64,000 nt of DNA from NCBI GenBank assembly GCA_964016885.1, contig OZ024743.1:103168001-103232000 (forward strand), given 5' to 3'. Shown here one piece after another: positions 62,940 to 64,000 of the stretch. Every line of letters begins with the position of its first letter. Position 1 is the first letter of the stretch. Source of the DNA: Eledone cirrhosa. Its lineage: Eukaryota. The notes under the pieces are model-generated. The model was not told where the DNA came from. It worked only from the letters and a program-made list of their open reading frames with translations, and did not search any database. The translations under genes were made by a program, and so were the position numbers.

Positions 62940-63128
62940 GTAATAATAACTGTTTCTACTTTAGGCACAAGGCCAGCAATTACCCAGTGCATTACTGGTA
63001 CTTTATTTTATCGACCCCGTAAGGATGAAAGGTAAAGTCAACCTCGGCGGGATTTGAACTCAGATCGTAAAGGGACGTAACTATGCTGGAAAGCATGGCG
63101 TCCGACCCGCTACCGATACTGCCAATCA
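62940..63128 (-). mobile_element. tRNA-derived SINE with Tx1-like 3' end and TTA tail
   Basis: Near-identical to 61455-61637, end agtagaaacagttattatta. Confidence 0.88.
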
Positions 63129-63129
63129 A

Positions 63130-64000
63130 TAACGATAATAAAATTGGTGATACAAATGAAAGTAATGATACTAATTGTGGTAATTAATAGGATGCTGGTG
63201 GTGTATGTGGATGGCTGGTGTGTGAAGTGCATGTTCAGGTTGGTGAGAGTAGATAATACATGGTGATATGTTTAATAATGAGGGAAATAATAAACAATAT
63301 AGTAGTAACAAGAATAACAATGGTATGTAGCAGTGGTAATGAGGTCGATGATAAAGTTGATGAGACATGATAATAATTGTGGTAGTTAATAGGATGTATG
63401 TATGTGCCTAGTGATGTCTGTGTTCAGGTTGTTAGCTTGTGGTCTGTCCGTGGTTTATGTCCATGGCGGAGAATGTATGGGTTTTTTTGCGTGTCTGCAG
63501 TTTACGAAGATTTCAGATTTTAAATTAATAGCCGATTTTAATTTAATGATCTCTGCCGATTCCGCCTGGCACAACCTGCAGTGGCCTCCCCCGGTGGAAT
63601 GTTGGGCCACACTTCTCCTTATGGACCATTTGATCTGGTATTTCCGGTTTCTATCCTTGAGGCCTCAGATCAAGTCGGCCAGCCTGGTTTGGGAACCCTT
63701 AGGTTTGTGGTTGAAGGAGCTTCTGTGGTTGTACAGTCCCTCCTTAAAGGTTGTTGCGGTTGCGCCTATATACGTGTATTCTTTGTGCCCAACCATGACA
63801 TCGCACTGGTATACAATGTTCCTGATGAGGCACTCTGCGCCCAGTGGGCATTCCTCTGGCTTCTTGCAGTTGTACCTAGGGGGGGACTGCATTATTGGTA
63901 TGTTGTTGGTCGGTCACATTTTGGTTGGTGTTGGCTTGTTGTTGAGCATTGTTGTGTATTGACTGTGTAGTGTTATTTTGTGTTGTGTTAATGGTTGTTT
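63130..64000 (-). mobile_element. Penelope-like (Naiad-type) element 3' end, entering from the window edge
   Basis: YNCKKPEECPLGAECL..IVY..YIGAT..NHRSSF, then an in-frame stop, CRLCQAE..SEIFVNCRH, and a low-complexity 3' region. Confidence 0.85.

Noticed and set aside
63655-63670. In-frame TGA in a Naiad-type endonuclease as possible selenocysteine
   Set aside because: It falls at a Trp position (LIW in the homologue at 25260), not a Cys position, and no SECIS was recognised.

Overview
Eukaryotic, AT-rich, microsatellite-dense animal DNA. It is most likely a cephalopod such as Octopus, inferred from the SINE types, the TA/TAA/CATA tracts and a long C2H2 zinc-finger gene. One intact host gene is present, a 12-finger C2H2 ZNF at 15763-18933. 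Most of the rest is transposon-derived. R4/Dong-type RLE retrotransposons fall into two groups, one ending in (TAA)n and one in (CATA)n. Tx1/L1-type APE retrotransposons lie on the minus strand and end in (ATT)n. Also present: Penelope-like (Naiad-type GIY-YIG) elements with inverted duplications, six hammerhead ribozyme motifs, tRNA-derived SINEs, a bipartite RTE derivative, non-autonomous Helitrons, a Chapaev3 DNA transposon and a CRE fragment. The main pattern is that each retroelement lineage is tied to one microsatellite, and Dong and Tx1 share the TAA/ATT tract in opposite polarity. An abundant SINE carries the 3' terminus of the Tx1 family, which suggests a SINE-Tx1 partnership. One zinc finger has a Cys-to-Tyr (TAC) change that a single A-to-I edit would reverse. 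Boundaries were read by eye and may be off by a few to tens of bases.
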